This document shows positions 19,840-30,259 of a DNA stretch of 64,000 nucleotides, in pieces; the stretch's first letter is position 1, and every line of letters starts with the position of its first letter. Location: contig CAVTRN010000001.1 in assembly GCA_963737155.1 (NCBI GenBank), positions 384,001-448,000 on the forward strand, read 5' to 3'. Both the position numbers and the translations under genes were made by a program. The DNA comes from Nitrospirota bacterium. GTDB lineage: Bacteria > Nitrospirota > UBA9217. A model generated the notes under the pieces. The model searched no databases, was not told the origin of the DNA, and saw nothing but the letters and a program-made list of their open reading frames with translations.

Positions 19840-19862
19840 ATAATAGCTAAAAGCGAGACTTC

Positions 19863-20627
19863 ATGGGGCTAAGTCAAATCATCCAACCGTTTTACAGAAC
19901 GCTCACAGAAGAAGAAAGTGCTACTCCCCCCGTACAAGGTCAAATATGTTTAATTCCAAGCATATTCCCTGACACGATTCCACAAGTAATCGAGGCTCAT
20001 AGGCACGACAAGAGGGACCACTCCGAGGCTGATTTTACGATTCGTAATCTTAAAGAAACTGATTATGGGCCGAAAGATACCCTGCCTATCAAACACCTGA
20101 AAATAAAATCTGGGGAGGAATTAATAGCAGTTGGAAGCAAGCGAAGACCTGCTATTATTATACGTCCCGATACATATATATCAGCAGCGGTAGAGAAAAT
20201 GCTTCCAAGCATGGGGAAAAGACATTTGCAACAAGCAGACACGTTTGTTGCCTTGCCAATGTTTTCAGCCCAAGTTGATGGCTTTGGAACTGGTTTCCCC
20301 GCTAAAATGATTTGCCGCATTAAGGTTTTAATGTATCCGCAATATTATTACATGCCACCTTCCACAGACAGAGCTATTCCGATTAAGGAAGGAGTTATTC
20401 GGCTCGATAGAATTCAAGTTATAGTCTCTCGAAATCCAGCAGTGCTTTTGCCCAAGAAGTATGCAATCTCAGAAAATGCATTAGAAATTTTACTATGCCA
20501 ATTAATGCGATGGCTCAACCTGCCGATGAACCCGGATATAAAGAAAGATTACGACACTATTCTTGAATTGCTGGGCGAAACCTTACCTGCTGATGTATGT
20601 GCAGAAGATAAAGCTGAAAACAAATAG
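19863..20627 (+). CDS. PemK/MazF-like toxin candidate
   Basis: GQICL...SKRRPAIII...VALPM...GVIRLDRIQVI pattern; directly downstream of the Panacea-like gene. Confidence 0.5.
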   Translation: MGLSQIIQPFYRTLTEEESATPPVQGQICLIPSIFPDTIPQVIEAHRHDKRDHSEADFTIRNLKETDYGPKDTLPIKHLKIKSGEELIAVGSKRRPAIIIRPDTYISAAVEKMLPSMGKRHLQQADTFVALPMFSAQVDGFGTGFPAKMICRIKVLMYPQYYYMPPSTDRAIPIKEGVIRLDRIQVIVSRNPAVLLPKKYAISENALEILLCQLMRWLNLPMNPDIKKDYDTILELLGETLPADVCAEDKAENK

Positions 20628-20818
20628 GGGATATGAGTGGGTTTCTGGTGAAATGATAAACAGTCAATATGATGTTTTTTGGAGAATACGAGCGGAAGGG
20701 GCTATTATCAAGAGAAGAGGTAATGCAGAATATTCTTGAACTGAAAAAAAAATCGAGGAAATGATTTTGTCGGCACTCGTATCGTGGTATCATTCGGGAA
20801 ACGCAAGGCTATTATTGT

Positions 20819-21532
20819 TTGCAGTCACTGATATCCATCAGCTCAAATGAAAAAATTCGGAGTGAGCATATGATATGTACTTTTGACTATGATGGTGGAC
20901 TAATGCATTTTAAGAACCTTGATGCTCTTTACAATTTTCATGTATTTTCTCTTGCGTGGCGATTTAAAGACCTTGCGACAACGGACCCTTGGACAATGAG
21001 ATTGAATGCATTTAAGGAAAAAGACCCAAAAGCTGTAAATGCCGCGTGCTCCGTAATGCCTTACGCTGTTTCCAAACGTAACTGGCCTCAAAGAACATTT
21101 ACTATGGTATCGGCAATTCCATCTACAGAGGAAGTTCTTCCAAAAGCCAGCGGCCTGTTTCGATTGGGTAAGGCAATTTCATCAGCCGTCTCTTGGGAGT
21201 GGAAACCTGAAGCAGTCAATAAAAAACCACATAGACCCTTACACACTATCTACAACGCCCCTGAAAGAGCCGCAGAGATAGCGGGAAAGTATTCTATTGT
21301 TCATTCGATTACTACCGATTATGTCTGTATCCTCGATGACTTAATCACACGTGGCGACACTATGGCGGACATTGTACGAGCAATTAAGGAACATAATCAC
21401 AGAGTCATGGTTTTTGGCCTTGTCCTTGGCAAATCAGAAACTTACTCGTACGCAATAGACAATGGACATGAAATAAGTAATGACCATGTGCCAAGTGAAT
21501 ATGCAACCATGTGGGATAAAAATTATAAATGA
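20819..21532 (+). CDS. Phosphoribosyltransferase (ComF-like)
   Basis: PRPP-binding motif VCILDDLITRGDTM and AIPS loop. Confidence 0.75.
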   Translation: MQSLISISSNEKIRSEHMICTFDYDGGLMHFKNLDALYNFHVFSLAWRFKDLATTDPWTMRLNAFKEKDPKAVNAACSVMPYAVSKRNWPQRTFTMVSAIPSTEEVLPKASGLFRLGKAISSAVSWEWKPEAVNKKPHRPLHTIYNAPERAAEIAGKYSIVHSITTDYVCILDDLITRGDTMADIVRAIKEHNHRVMVFGLVLGKSETYSYAIDNGHEISNDHVPSEYATMWDKNYK

Positions 21533-22476
21533 TTATGCAAAATCTGAGTCAAGATACTTATAGACTTTTAACATGGTTATGCCTCCCAAAAGTGGGAGTT
21601 GTGACCATCAGAAACATCGCTATGACTAGTAAGGTTCATTCATGGGACATAAATTTACTTAAAGAAAATAAAGTTTTGCCCAATTTTGACGATGGTCTAC
21701 TTAATGAAGCAAGAACAAAAGCTGATAATATATTAGATTCGTGCCGTGAGCACGAAATAGCAGTTATCTCTATTCTTGATGAGAGTTATCCTCCACTTCT
21801 AAAAAATATAAAGGATGCTCCCCCTCTCTTGTACGTTAAAGGCTCAATGAAATCACTTCACTCAAAATGTGCTGCTGTAGTGGGTACACGAAAGGCAAGT
21901 GAAGCAGGGCTAAAAATTGCGGGCAAGGTTGCTCATTCACTAGCTGAAAATGGTTATTCTATTGTAAGTGGACTTGCGCTTGGTATTGATACTGCTTCTC
22001 ATAAGGGGGTTCTCGAAATCTCTGGTATTACCATAGCCATACTTGCTCATGGTTTACACACAATTGCACCTTCATCAAATAAGGCCTTAGCGCAAGAAAT
22101 CCTCGACAAAAATGGGGCATTAATTTCTGAGCATCCACCAGGAACTCCTGCTCGTCCACCTGAGTTTGTTAGACGCAATAGAATTCAGAGCGGAATGTCG
22201 CTTTTCTCTGTGATTATTGAAACAGGTGAGGTTGGAGGCACAATTTATCAAGCTCAATTTACTAAGACCCAAGGGAAAGAAGTGTATGTCATTATTCCAC
22301 CAAATGACAATCCCATATATAATCAATTCAATTATTCTGGTGGCTGTATGATAATCGATAAAATGGGCGGGATAAAAGTTACTTCTACGATGGACTTACT
22401 AAACAAATTAAACGTGACAACTAATCAAGATAATTCTAATAACAATACACAAGACCAATTAGGATTTAATCTATGA
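21529..22476 (+). CDS. DprA/SMF (SLOG) family protein
   Basis: YPPLLKNIKDAPPLLYVKG, AVVGTR, IVSGLALGIDTASH and FVRRNRIQSG; ATGA overlap with the PRTase gene. Confidence 0.92.
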   Translation: MIMQNLSQDTYRLLTWLCLPKVGVVTIRNIAMTSKVHSWDINLLKENKVLPNFDDGLLNEARTKADNILDSCREHEIAVISILDESYPPLLKNIKDAPPLLYVKGSMKSLHSKCAAVVGTRKASEAGLKIAGKVAHSLAENGYSIVSGLALGIDTASHKGVLEISGITIAILAHGLHTIAPSSNKALAQEILDKNGALISEHPPGTPARPPEFVRRNRIQSGMSLFSVIIETGEVGGTIYQAQFTKTQGKEVYVIIPPNDNPIYNQFNYSGGCMIIDKMGGIKVTSTMDLLNKLNVTTNQDNSNNNTQDQLGFNL

Positions 22477-22955
22477 AAGTCGCAGGCATTCTGTTAGACT
22501 TAGATGGGACTCTTGTTGATACGAATGAGCTTGATGCATTGCGCCATAAGAAGGACTGGAGAGGATGTGTTGCTGGACTAAACAAGACCGTGGTATATGA
22601 TGGAATAAGTGATTTACTACAAAGAGCTTCTGAAAAAGGAGTCTGTATTGGAATAGTCACTACAAGTGTCTCATATTACGCTCAAGCTGTACTACGTCAT
22701 CATAATCTCAAATATGATGTCCTTGTTGCATATCATGACGCTAAACCAAAGCCAGCTCCAGACCCATACCTTCTTGCTATAAAAAAACTGAGCCTTACTA
22801 CGAACACTGTAATTGGAATTGGAGATACGACTGAAGATGCATTATCGCTCAATGCTGCCAAAATTATCGCAATAGGTGCTGGTTGGAGCAGCGTCCTTCA
22901 GAAGAATGCATCATGGGATAAGATTGCCGCTCATCCATCCGAAATTACTTTGTAA
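22473..22955 (+). CDS. HAD family hydrolase
   Basis: DLDGTLVDT, KPAPDP and IGDTTED; overlaps the stop of the dprA-like gene. Confidence 0.92.
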   Translation: MKVAGILLDLDGTLVDTNELDALRHKKDWRGCVAGLNKTVVYDGISDLLQRASEKGVCIGIVTTSVSYYAQAVLRHHNLKYDVLVAYHDAKPKPAPDPYLLAIKKLSLTTNTVIGIGDTTEDALSLNAAKIIAIGAGWSSVLQKNASWDKIAAHPSEITL

Positions 22956-23049
22956 TCCTGAGAAGGTTGAAACGCGGCACAATCCACCATCAACTTTTCC
23001 GAGTTTATCGACATTATAGACCTAGTGGAAATGAGTATTAAAGAACTGA

Positions 23050-23307
23050 ATGAAGATTGAGCTTGAACAAACCGATATTGATAGAATCGCCTCAGAAATA
23101 ACACAACGTGTTTTGGAGGGTTTAAAGTCCAGCATTGCAACAACCCTCCCTCATGAGGATACCATTTTAACCGTGAAAACATTAGCAGCATACTTGATGA
23201 CAACACCAAAATGGGTATACAGTCACGTCTATGAACTTCCGCATTTTAAAGTACATGGTCTGCTGAGATTTAATAAATCCGAAATAAATAAGTATTTAAC
23301 AAAATGA
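23050..23307 (+). CDS. Excisionase-like HTH protein
   Basis: ILTVKTLAAYL...WVY...LPHFKVHGLLRF (HTH_17 pattern). Confidence 0.75.
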   Translation: MKIELEQTDIDRIASEITQRVLEGLKSSIATTLPHEDTILTVKTLAAYLMTTPKWVYSHVYELPHFKVHGLLRFNKSEINKYLTK

Positions 23308-23721
23308 GCCGCTTCAGGATTCAGTGTCGGTAACCACAATGGGTAGAATCGCCGACTTTCGGCCCCTTATGGGGAAACCCATTGAGACTCCTGGCCATTT
23401 CTCCTTAAGGGCAAGTTTTTATGTATTACCGTGGGTGCTATATTTTGGGGCTACCTACACTCGTTCCGGAAGGACCAACAATGAATAATAAGTAAGAAAA
23501 ATCGTTTACACTCACGCCGTTGCTTTGAAAACCGCTAGGAGGTCAGATACCTAATGCCCCTCTCTTTAATCTCATTCGCGAACCTACTCGGCATCCCCGT
23601 TGCGATTTCACACACCGCACGTTCTCACTCTCCCCTGTTCCTGAGAAGCCAACATGGGAAAAGGCTGTGGGCGAGAAGGGGAAAGATGAGAAAGTTATAA
23701 ATAAAAGGAGGGCAAATTAGC

Positions 23722-24558
23722 ATGGCAAAAGGCGATGAGCGATGCTACTCCGACTATGTTCCTGATAAATTACCTTCTCAACGGCTTCTGCTGGATAAGT
23801 TGGAAGAATTAGGGAAGGAGAAAGGAAATTCTCGTATTCTGACAACTGCAAGTGTAGGGGTTCCCGTTACTATCTTTTTACTTGTTATTAGAGAAGCGAT
23901 TGAAGCTTTATGCAAGGAACAGAGTGAACTAATAGCGTCTCATTATGTTATTGTGGGATATTCTTCATCTCAGGTACAAGAAAAATTTAACCTTAACATA
24001 AACGGAATGTTCCCAGACATTCCTCAAAATACACGGTGGGAACTCAGCACTCCTTGGACAACTGCTAAAACTCCTGCCGTATCTGGGTGTCACATGATTG
24101 AAACGGTTTATCTTTTAAAACCAAATCCATCGCCTGACTTCCCATTAAACGTTGCTCTCAGTTCACCCCTTTCTGGCGTAACAGCATACAAGAATGTCTT
24201 GCGAATTGAAAACCCTGCCAGTGAAAAACGCCCTCTGATTAACGTATTCAAACCAACTTTTATCTGTTTGGAATCTTTTTATGCATTGAATGAACGACTC
24301 GAAGCGGAAATCAATGCCTTTTGCAAAGTCACGAAAGTCACAATGGCAAGACTTTCAGTGCCATCGACCTTTGATGCGATGTGCAGACGCAGAGGCAATT
24401 TAACACATGACGGGAATCTCGCAATATTTATCGAGCCAGAAACCTCAATTATCTACTTAGGAGATGATAATTTAGTTGATTCGATGAAAGCTGCATTGGA
24501 GGAGGCTTGTGTATTTTCGGAAAGCATATACTCCTCAATGTTGAATTTTTATAGATGA
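23722..24558 (+). CDS. Hypothetical protein
   Basis: 278-aa ORF with AGGAGG RBS; no motif recognised. Confidence 0.7.
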   Translation: MAKGDERCYSDYVPDKLPSQRLLLDKLEELGKEKGNSRILTTASVGVPVTIFLLVIREAIEALCKEQSELIASHYVIVGYSSSQVQEKFNLNINGMFPDIPQNTRWELSTPWTTAKTPAVSGCHMIETVYLLKPNPSPDFPLNVALSSPLSGVTAYKNVLRIENPASEKRPLINVFKPTFICLESFYALNERLEAEINAFCKVTKVTMARLSVPSTFDAMCRRRGNLTHDGNLAIFIEPETSIIYLGDDNLVDSMKAALEEACVFSESIYSSMLNFYR

Positions 24559-24662
24559 TATAAAAGACATTGATGAGGGTGAAGAGCTAACTGCTAATTA
24601 CAATACATATAACGAATGGGCAGATGGAGAAAAACCCCCGTACCTCATAAAAGGAGAACCCG

Positions 24663-25115
24663 ATGCCATTAAAAGATGATATAAAGAAAGAGTTGCGAAG
24701 TCTGCATTTGGCAAATATTCACGGAAAAGACGAACGATATAAATCAGACTCGATAGTAACTATCCTTTTATCTGAGGAATATCAAGCACAACGTTTGGGT
24801 AAACAGAATAAAATAATCTTAGGCATAAATATATTTGGGTGGAATCCTGAGTTTGACGATATTATCGTTAAAGATGATTTTGATACGATATTCATCGAAG
24901 TTAAATATCTAAGGAATAATAAAGAAGGATACAGATATACCGAAGCCTTGTCTCAATCAATGAATTTGAAGAATTATATTCGTAGTAATAATATTAACGG
25001 ACATGTGTTAATATTACTTTTATGCTCTATAGACAAAACATCATTAAACAGTGCTGAGTTATTGTTAGCTCAGCAATGTTCAATGTCTCGTCATGATATT
25101 ATAATTGTTCGGTAG
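24663..25115 (+). CDS. Small PD-(D/E)XK nuclease-like protein
   Basis: EFDDIIV...IFIEVKY...EALSQ; AAGGAG RBS. Confidence 0.5.
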   Translation: MPLKDDIKKELRSLHLANIHGKDERYKSDSIVTILLSEEYQAQRLGKQNKIILGINIFGWNPEFDDIIVKDDFDTIFIEVKYLRNNKEGYRYTEALSQSMNLKNYIRSNNINGHVLILLLCSIDKTSLNSAELLLAQQCSMSRHDIIIVR

Positions 25116-25183
25116 GATAGTCAAAATATGGGGAACTCGAGTTCCCGAACAAGTCACAGATACCCAATGGAGTTCAGCTTAAT

Positions 25184-25573
25184 ATGCTAAACAAAGTTCT
25201 CATTGTCGATGATTCCGAGCCGCTCCACCAGAATTACAAGGTTTCTCTGAAGCGGTACAAGTGCGAGGTAATCACTGCATTAAGCCGAGAGGATGGGCTG
25301 AAAATGCTGACCGAGAACTCCGGAGTGAGTTTAATTTTTGTCGATATGAACATGTCACTGTCTCGAATTAGCGGGATTGAATTTATTAAGAAGGTTAAGG
25401 AACAGGAAGCCTATGCCAACATCCCGGTTGTTATCGTAACTACGAGAGGTAAGAGCTATACAGAGGATGCCCGTAATTGGGCAGATGGGAATTTAGTAAA
25501 AGCGTTTACGTCAATTGAACTTCATTCAGTAGTCGAGAAGCTGTTTCCTGAAGCTGTGTCTGCTTTAATCTGA
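25184..25573 (+). CDS. Stand-alone response regulator receiver (CheY-like)
   Basis: VLIVDDS, IFVDMNM, SGIEF, IPVVIVT and the conserved Lys. Confidence 0.85.
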   Translation: MLNKVLIVDDSEPLHQNYKVSLKRYKCEVITALSREDGLKMLTENSGVSLIFVDMNMSLSRISGIEFIKKVKEQEAYANIPVVIVTTRGKSYTEDARNWADGNLVKAFTSIELHSVVEKLFPEAVSALI

Positions 25574-26020
25574 AAAGGTCGGGGCAAAATTTATTTTCCG
25601 GATTTTTTGAACGGGTCTGCTAAATTGTTTGGCTACGTTTTGGGAATAATCGGCTCTTACCCTACCCAAAAATCATTCTTAAAAGTGAGAAAGCATCATG
25701 TACCGCATGGGTACCCAAAGCACTTTATGGCTTTCGTGAACGGTTCCATCTAGCCCCTTTCCTATATCTGAAACAAGCCGCCGTTACCTTCTCCTTACCT
25801 CTGTACCCTTCTTCAACTAGGCTGCTGTAAACAACAACACGGCAACACGGCTAACCTACTGATTCTCCGCTCAAGACAATTTGCGAGGGATTATATTGGG
25901 AATTGAGAAGGGCACAACGGGGATAGCGAGGGCTATAGATGGAGGATATATTCTGCTGCTCAAAACCGAACATATCATTAATTATGAGCATGTACTAATG
26001 GAGTGTTAGAGTCCTTATTT

Positions 26021-27766
26021 TCAAAAGAGTCTACCAGACTCTACCATGAATGCTTGTCTTTGTTTTTCTGATAATGCTTCATTTAATGCTATAAGCTGTT
26101 GGCGAAAATGTACTGCATCTTGAGGGCTCTTTCTTATAATAACGAATTTGGCAATTTCAATCTTCTCCATTTTATGCCTATCCACAGATAATGGGAATGA
26201 TGCGTCTACTGGTTTTCTGAGGATTAAAAATCCTTTTTTGCTTGCCTCAGTAATTACCTCTGTCGATAAGTATCGCTCAATTCCCGTAAAACTTACATCA
26301 AGCTCTGTATTTACATATGATGTTGACCACTGTAAGACATCTGATGTAGGGTGTGAACTTAATAATTGCCTGATTTCGTTTATCACTTTAGATGCCGATT
26401 CATTCCAATCAATTAAAACAAAAACTGGTGCCTTTAATGAACGACTCTTCAAAATATCATTGTTTATTCTTAAATATTTTTTTAGCCCCTCGACACCTTC
26501 GAGAGTACCACATGATATGGTTTTAATATCTTGTATTTCCCAAGGACAAGCAATTTTTAATAAAGAATAGGCAAAACTTACGAGCAGCTTGTCTGATAGA
26601 CCTTCAACGATTAACAATGGTTTAGGTGCCCCAAATAATAGTGGAGGAACATAAGCCGATACACCAAGTTGAACTGACTCGTCAAGCAATTTTCTTGCTT
26701 CTTTTTCTTCAACGGCTGTTTTTCCGCTCCTTAATTGGCAAAGCATTCCATGCTGCGCATACCTAACGAATACATCGCTATGTGTTGTGCAAAAGGTCTG
26801 AAATCTAGATATGGTTGATTTACCCGTATCAGACAGAAGATTTGCAACGCTATATTCTAAATCCTTATGCAAAAAAGATTCTGGTTCTTCGATTGCCCAA
26901 ATAGTAGCTTGGTGCCATCCAAACTTCGATGAAAATCTGGAGTCAAGATATTTCAAAACCAATAAAGTCAACAAGCTCTGTATGCCTGAACCGTGAAATA
27001 AGGCGTTAATATTTTCGCTCCCATGGACCTGCAACCTCGGAGCAAAACTAAATAGCAACTCTCCCAAATCAGACGGTATTGATAAATCAGCATTGTCAAT
27101 ATCAGGCACAGCTTTTTTTAGCTCAGACATGATAGGATTAACAAATTCTTTTGACAATTTTCTAAGCTCAGAAAATATTTGTTCTTGCTGTTGTTTGGCT
27201 ACACTTTTTGACCTATGCAATTTAGATAGTAGTTCTGTCTGAATCGCACGTTGTTCGTCTTGCAAAATGGTTGATGGATGAATGTGATTCGGTATGTATC
27301 TAAATTTTATTAATGCCAGAAACTGTCTTATGCGGTCTTCATCACCTGCAATTGCTATCATTTCATCATCATTGCCTTTTTTATATTGAATCGCCAACTT
27401 ATAATTCTTCTCTAAAGGTTCTGACGGCAAAGTCCAAGTCTTCGTAATGGAAAAATCTGTTCCCAACAAATCTTCTAGACCCTTTTTAACAGTTCTTGGA
27501 AAACTGAAGTTATCTGGTAATTTAAAGTGAATTGTCACGCTTATTCGTTTCTTCTTACTTCGTGATGGATTATGAAAATCCTCGTACATATTAAGGGGCT
27601 TGTTAGGTTCTGTTTCATTATTAAAAAACAAGTTGAGTGCTCTCAGAATGTTGGACTTGCCACTGTTATTCTGCCCAATGATTGGAAGATAACCTGACGA
27701 TACTGGGATATTTGCCGATGAAATCGACCTAAAGTCCTTTATTACTATTTTTTCAATAATTTTCAT
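26021..27766 (-). CDS. OLD-family ATP-dependent nuclease (ABC ATPase + TOPRIM)
   Basis: GQNNSGKS, GSGIQS signature, IEEPESFLH, TTHS and TOPRIM LIVEGLSD. Confidence 0.85.
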   Translation of the reverse strand: MKIIEKIVIKDFRSISSANIPVSSGYLPIIGQNNSGKSNILRALNLFFNNETEPNKPLNMYEDFHNPSRSKKKRISVTIHFKLPDNFSFPRTVKKGLEDLLGTDFSITKTWTLPSEPLEKNYKLAIQYKKGNDDEMIAIAGDEDRIRQFLALIKFRYIPNHIHPSTILQDEQRAIQTELLSKLHRSKSVAKQQQEQIFSELRKLSKEFVNPIMSELKKAVPDIDNADLSIPSDLGELLFSFAPRLQVHGSENINALFHGSGIQSLLTLLVLKYLDSRFSSKFGWHQATIWAIEEPESFLHKDLEYSVANLLSDTGKSTISRFQTFCTTHSDVFVRYAQHGMLCQLRSGKTAVEEKEARKLLDESVQLGVSAYVPPLLFGAPKPLLIVEGLSDKLLVSFAYSLLKIACPWEIQDIKTISCGTLEGVEGLKKYLRINNDILKSRSLKAPVFVLIDWNESASKVINEIRQLLSSHPTSDVLQWSTSYVNTELDVSFTGIERYLSTEVITEASKKGFLILRKPVDASFPLSVDRHKMEKIEIAKFVIIRKSPQDAVHFRQQLIALNEALSEKQRQAFMVESGRLF

Positions 27767-28094
27767 TTTTTAGTACCCCATTACAAGCAAGTGGCGTTGA
27801 TGGTTCATCATAAAAAAAGGAACCCCATGTACGGAGTCCCTTCCCATTTTCAGTTCAAAACAGAAATTATTTCTTTACTTAATTCCCAAAGGCTTTTTAT
27901 AATAGTAACCATAAGCAAAGCTCTATTCAGCCTTCTTTCTGTTCTGTCCTCATTTAACGATTCAAAACTTGTTTTTTGTGATTTACATTTCCTTGTCCTT
28001 TTCAAGAAATTGAAGCCTTCCTGTCACATAGCAGTAGAATACTGAAGAGATAACCAGATGTCAAGAATAGAAATAATCATGATATAATTTGTTC

Positions 28095-28196
28095 ATGTGT
28101 GGACGCTTTGACATACACAGTTCAATCGAAATAATCGTGCAGATATTCCAAATCGACTCCATGACCTTCAACATTGTTCCAATTGACAATGACTGA
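28095..28196 (+). pseudogene. SRAP/YedK N-terminal stub 1
   Basis: MCGRFDIHSSIEIIVQIFQIDSMTFNIVPIDND*; extended -10 TGATATAAT ends 6 nt before the ATG; the stop lies within the first codons of the next gene. Confidence 0.7.
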
Positions 28197-28860
28197 CAAT
28201 CAGACAAATACAAAGCAACGTGCTATGTTAGTAGGAGCTACAGGACTTGTAGGGCAGAATATCCTTCACCTACTTGTTCAGGATAGCACAATAGGTGAGA
28301 TTCGTGCTCTGACAAGACGTTCATTGCCGCCTGATGACAAATCCCCTGTGGTCAAGGAACTAATCGCTGATTTTGAACGGCTACAGGACCACCCCGAATG
28401 GTTTGACGTTGATATGGTCTTCTGCGCTCTTGGTACCACAATAGCTAAGGCAAAGACACAGGCGGCATTCAAACATGTTGATTACGATTATCCCCTTACA
28501 GTTGCCAAACTTGCTCGCTCACAGGGTGCCCGTCAATTCCTTCTGGTGAGTGCCATTGGTGCAAATCCCCGCTCCAGGTTCTTTTATAATAGAATCAAGG
28601 GTGAGTTGGAAGACGTCATCCTGACACTTGGGTATCCTTCTGTTACGATAGCTCGTCCGTCCATGCTACTGGGCAACCGACAGGAATACCGGCTTGGGGA
28701 ACATATCGCCAAGAAGATAACCTGGCTCTTTCCATCATTTTTGGCAGGTGTACAGGCTTCTCAGGTAGCATCTGCATTGGTACAGGCTTCACATCAGTCT
28801 ACGGTGGGCTTGACTATTCTTGACAATAGAACGATGCGTTCAATTAAAATGGAGGGATAA
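28189..28860 (+). CDS. NAD(P)H-binding atypical SDR (YraR-like)
   Basis: GATGLVG, FCALGTT, VDYDYP, VSAIGA and RPSMLLG. Confidence 0.9.
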   Translation: MTDNQTNTKQRAMLVGATGLVGQNILHLLVQDSTIGEIRALTRRSLPPDDKSPVVKELIADFERLQDHPEWFDVDMVFCALGTTIAKAKTQAAFKHVDYDYPLTVAKLARSQGARQFLLVSAIGANPRSRFFYNRIKGELEDVILTLGYPSVTIARPSMLLGNRQEYRLGEHIAKKITWLFPSFLAGVQASQVASALVQASHQSTVGLTILDNRTMRSIKMEG

Positions 28861-29148
28861 ATGACGAAGGCAATGACCAAATCGCAGTTGGTAGCAAAGG
28901 TAGCGGAGAAAGCATCTCTTTCAAAGAAGGCAGCGGGTGAGATACTCGATTTCATCGCAGAAACCGCTTATAAAGAAGCAAAGAACACCTTCGCGCTTCC
29001 TGGCCTCGGCAAGCTCGTACTTGTTCATCGTAAAGCCCGTGTGGGCAGGAACCCCGCAACAGGTGAGACCATACAGATAAAGGCAAAGAAGGTTGTCAAA
29101 TTCAGGGTTGCCAAAGCTGCCAAGGATGCCATCCTCGGCAAGAAGTAA
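28861..29148 (+). CDS. HU family DNA-binding protein
   Basis: MTKSQLV...LPGLGKL...RKARVGRNPATGETIQI...KFR. Confidence 0.95.
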   Translation: MTKAMTKSQLVAKVAEKASLSKKAAGEILDFIAETAYKEAKNTFALPGLGKLVLVHRKARVGRNPATGETIQIKAKKVVKFRVAKAAKDAILGKK

Positions 29149-29174
29149 TCATACCCACTTTGTTCTGTTATCCC

Positions 29175-29204
29175 AAGCCCATTCCCAACCGAGTGGGCTT
29201 TTTT
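29175..29204 (+). terminator. Rho-independent terminator after HU
   Basis: AAGCCCATTC-loop-GAGTGGGCTT followed by a T run. Confidence 0.8.
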
Positions 29205-29351
29205 CAGGCGCGACCATAGCTGCCTCATCCGGTAATTTACAATAGGTGTCATCAGGCATTCTGCGCACCCGCATCCTACAAATCAAATTCCGATGAATTG
29301 GTAAGAGAGGTAAGTAAAATTGCTTTTAAAACGAATAATGAAGAACTTAGC

Positions 29352-29849
29352 TTATTGTATTGAATAAACGGTGGCTAAAAAGAATACAGTACCTGCAAAA
29401 CTGTCTGCTGTGTTGGTATATATATCTTTCAGGTACAATAAACCATTATTAACTGAATCTTCAAATTTATTAATATCTGCTTGAACTCCGGCATATTTTA
29501 ACTCAAATGACTTTCCATCAGCCGATAAAGCAAATTGTGCAACAAAAACAATTTCATTTATACCAAATTTCTTATTAAAATCTGATACAACCTCGGCTGT
29601 TGCAAATCCGGAACCAATCAGCTTATCTATTGGAATGGTGCCTTTGAACTCAACAATCTTTCTCTTTTGAGAGTCCTCAAAATTTCCCCATTCTTTCTTG
29701 GTGAAATACTTGTAACCATCAAATGCATTACCCACGGTAACGGTTTCGTCCATTTGAATCGTACCATTTTTTACAAGGGCAATTGGATTTTTCGTGCATC
29801 CTGTCATTACCGCTGAAACTAATACCGCCATAACAAATATTCTTCTCAT
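29352..29849 (-). CDS. Hypothetical lipoprotein
   Basis: MRRIFVMAVLVSAVMTGC lipobox; GGAGG RBS. Confidence 0.7.
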   Translation of the reverse strand: MRRIFVMAVLVSAVMTGCTKNPIALVKNGTIQMDETVTVGNAFDGYKYFTKKEWGNFEDSQKRKIVEFKGTIPIDKLIGSGFATAEVVSDFNKKFGINEIVFVAQFALSADGKSFELKYAGVQADINKFEDSVNNGLLYLKDIYTNTADSFAGTVFFLATVYSIQ

Positions 29850-30259
29850 GGGCAATTCCTCCATACGAGATAAAAGGCACTTGTGTAGCCAAATGTTAGT
29901 TGCCAAATAACGATTCATATGTACGCATAACGAATTATAGCAAATATTAAACAACGGAGGCGAGATAACATCAATGATACTATATTACAGCTACTATAGA
30001 AAACCGCAAAAGTAATGCAACGGCATTTCATCGTTCTATGCCGTGTTTACGAGCTTTTCGCAGTAGCAATGTGTTGCATTACTTATGTTGCTTTCTATAA
30101 TTAGTCAACTTCGCAAGCATTATACTTTTGGTTGCAATTTACTTAATGATTAATAGGATAGCTTAACTCTCATTTGATGTACATTTCTTTATATAACTAA
30201 ATACAACCTCCCCAAAACTACTCCACTTCTGCTATCATTATCAGCATCAGGTGCACTCC

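Noticed and set aside
21529-22476. Competence dprA/comF locus
   Set aside because: Located in an AT-rich island, coupled to a HAD gene and apparently lacking the C-terminal winged helix; a defence-type context fits better.
23337-23384. Hammerhead ribozyme in the three-way junction CAATGGGT...GAAACCCATTG
   Set aside because: GAAA and a GUA triplet are present, but the CUGANGA core is missing; it remains an unexplained small fold.
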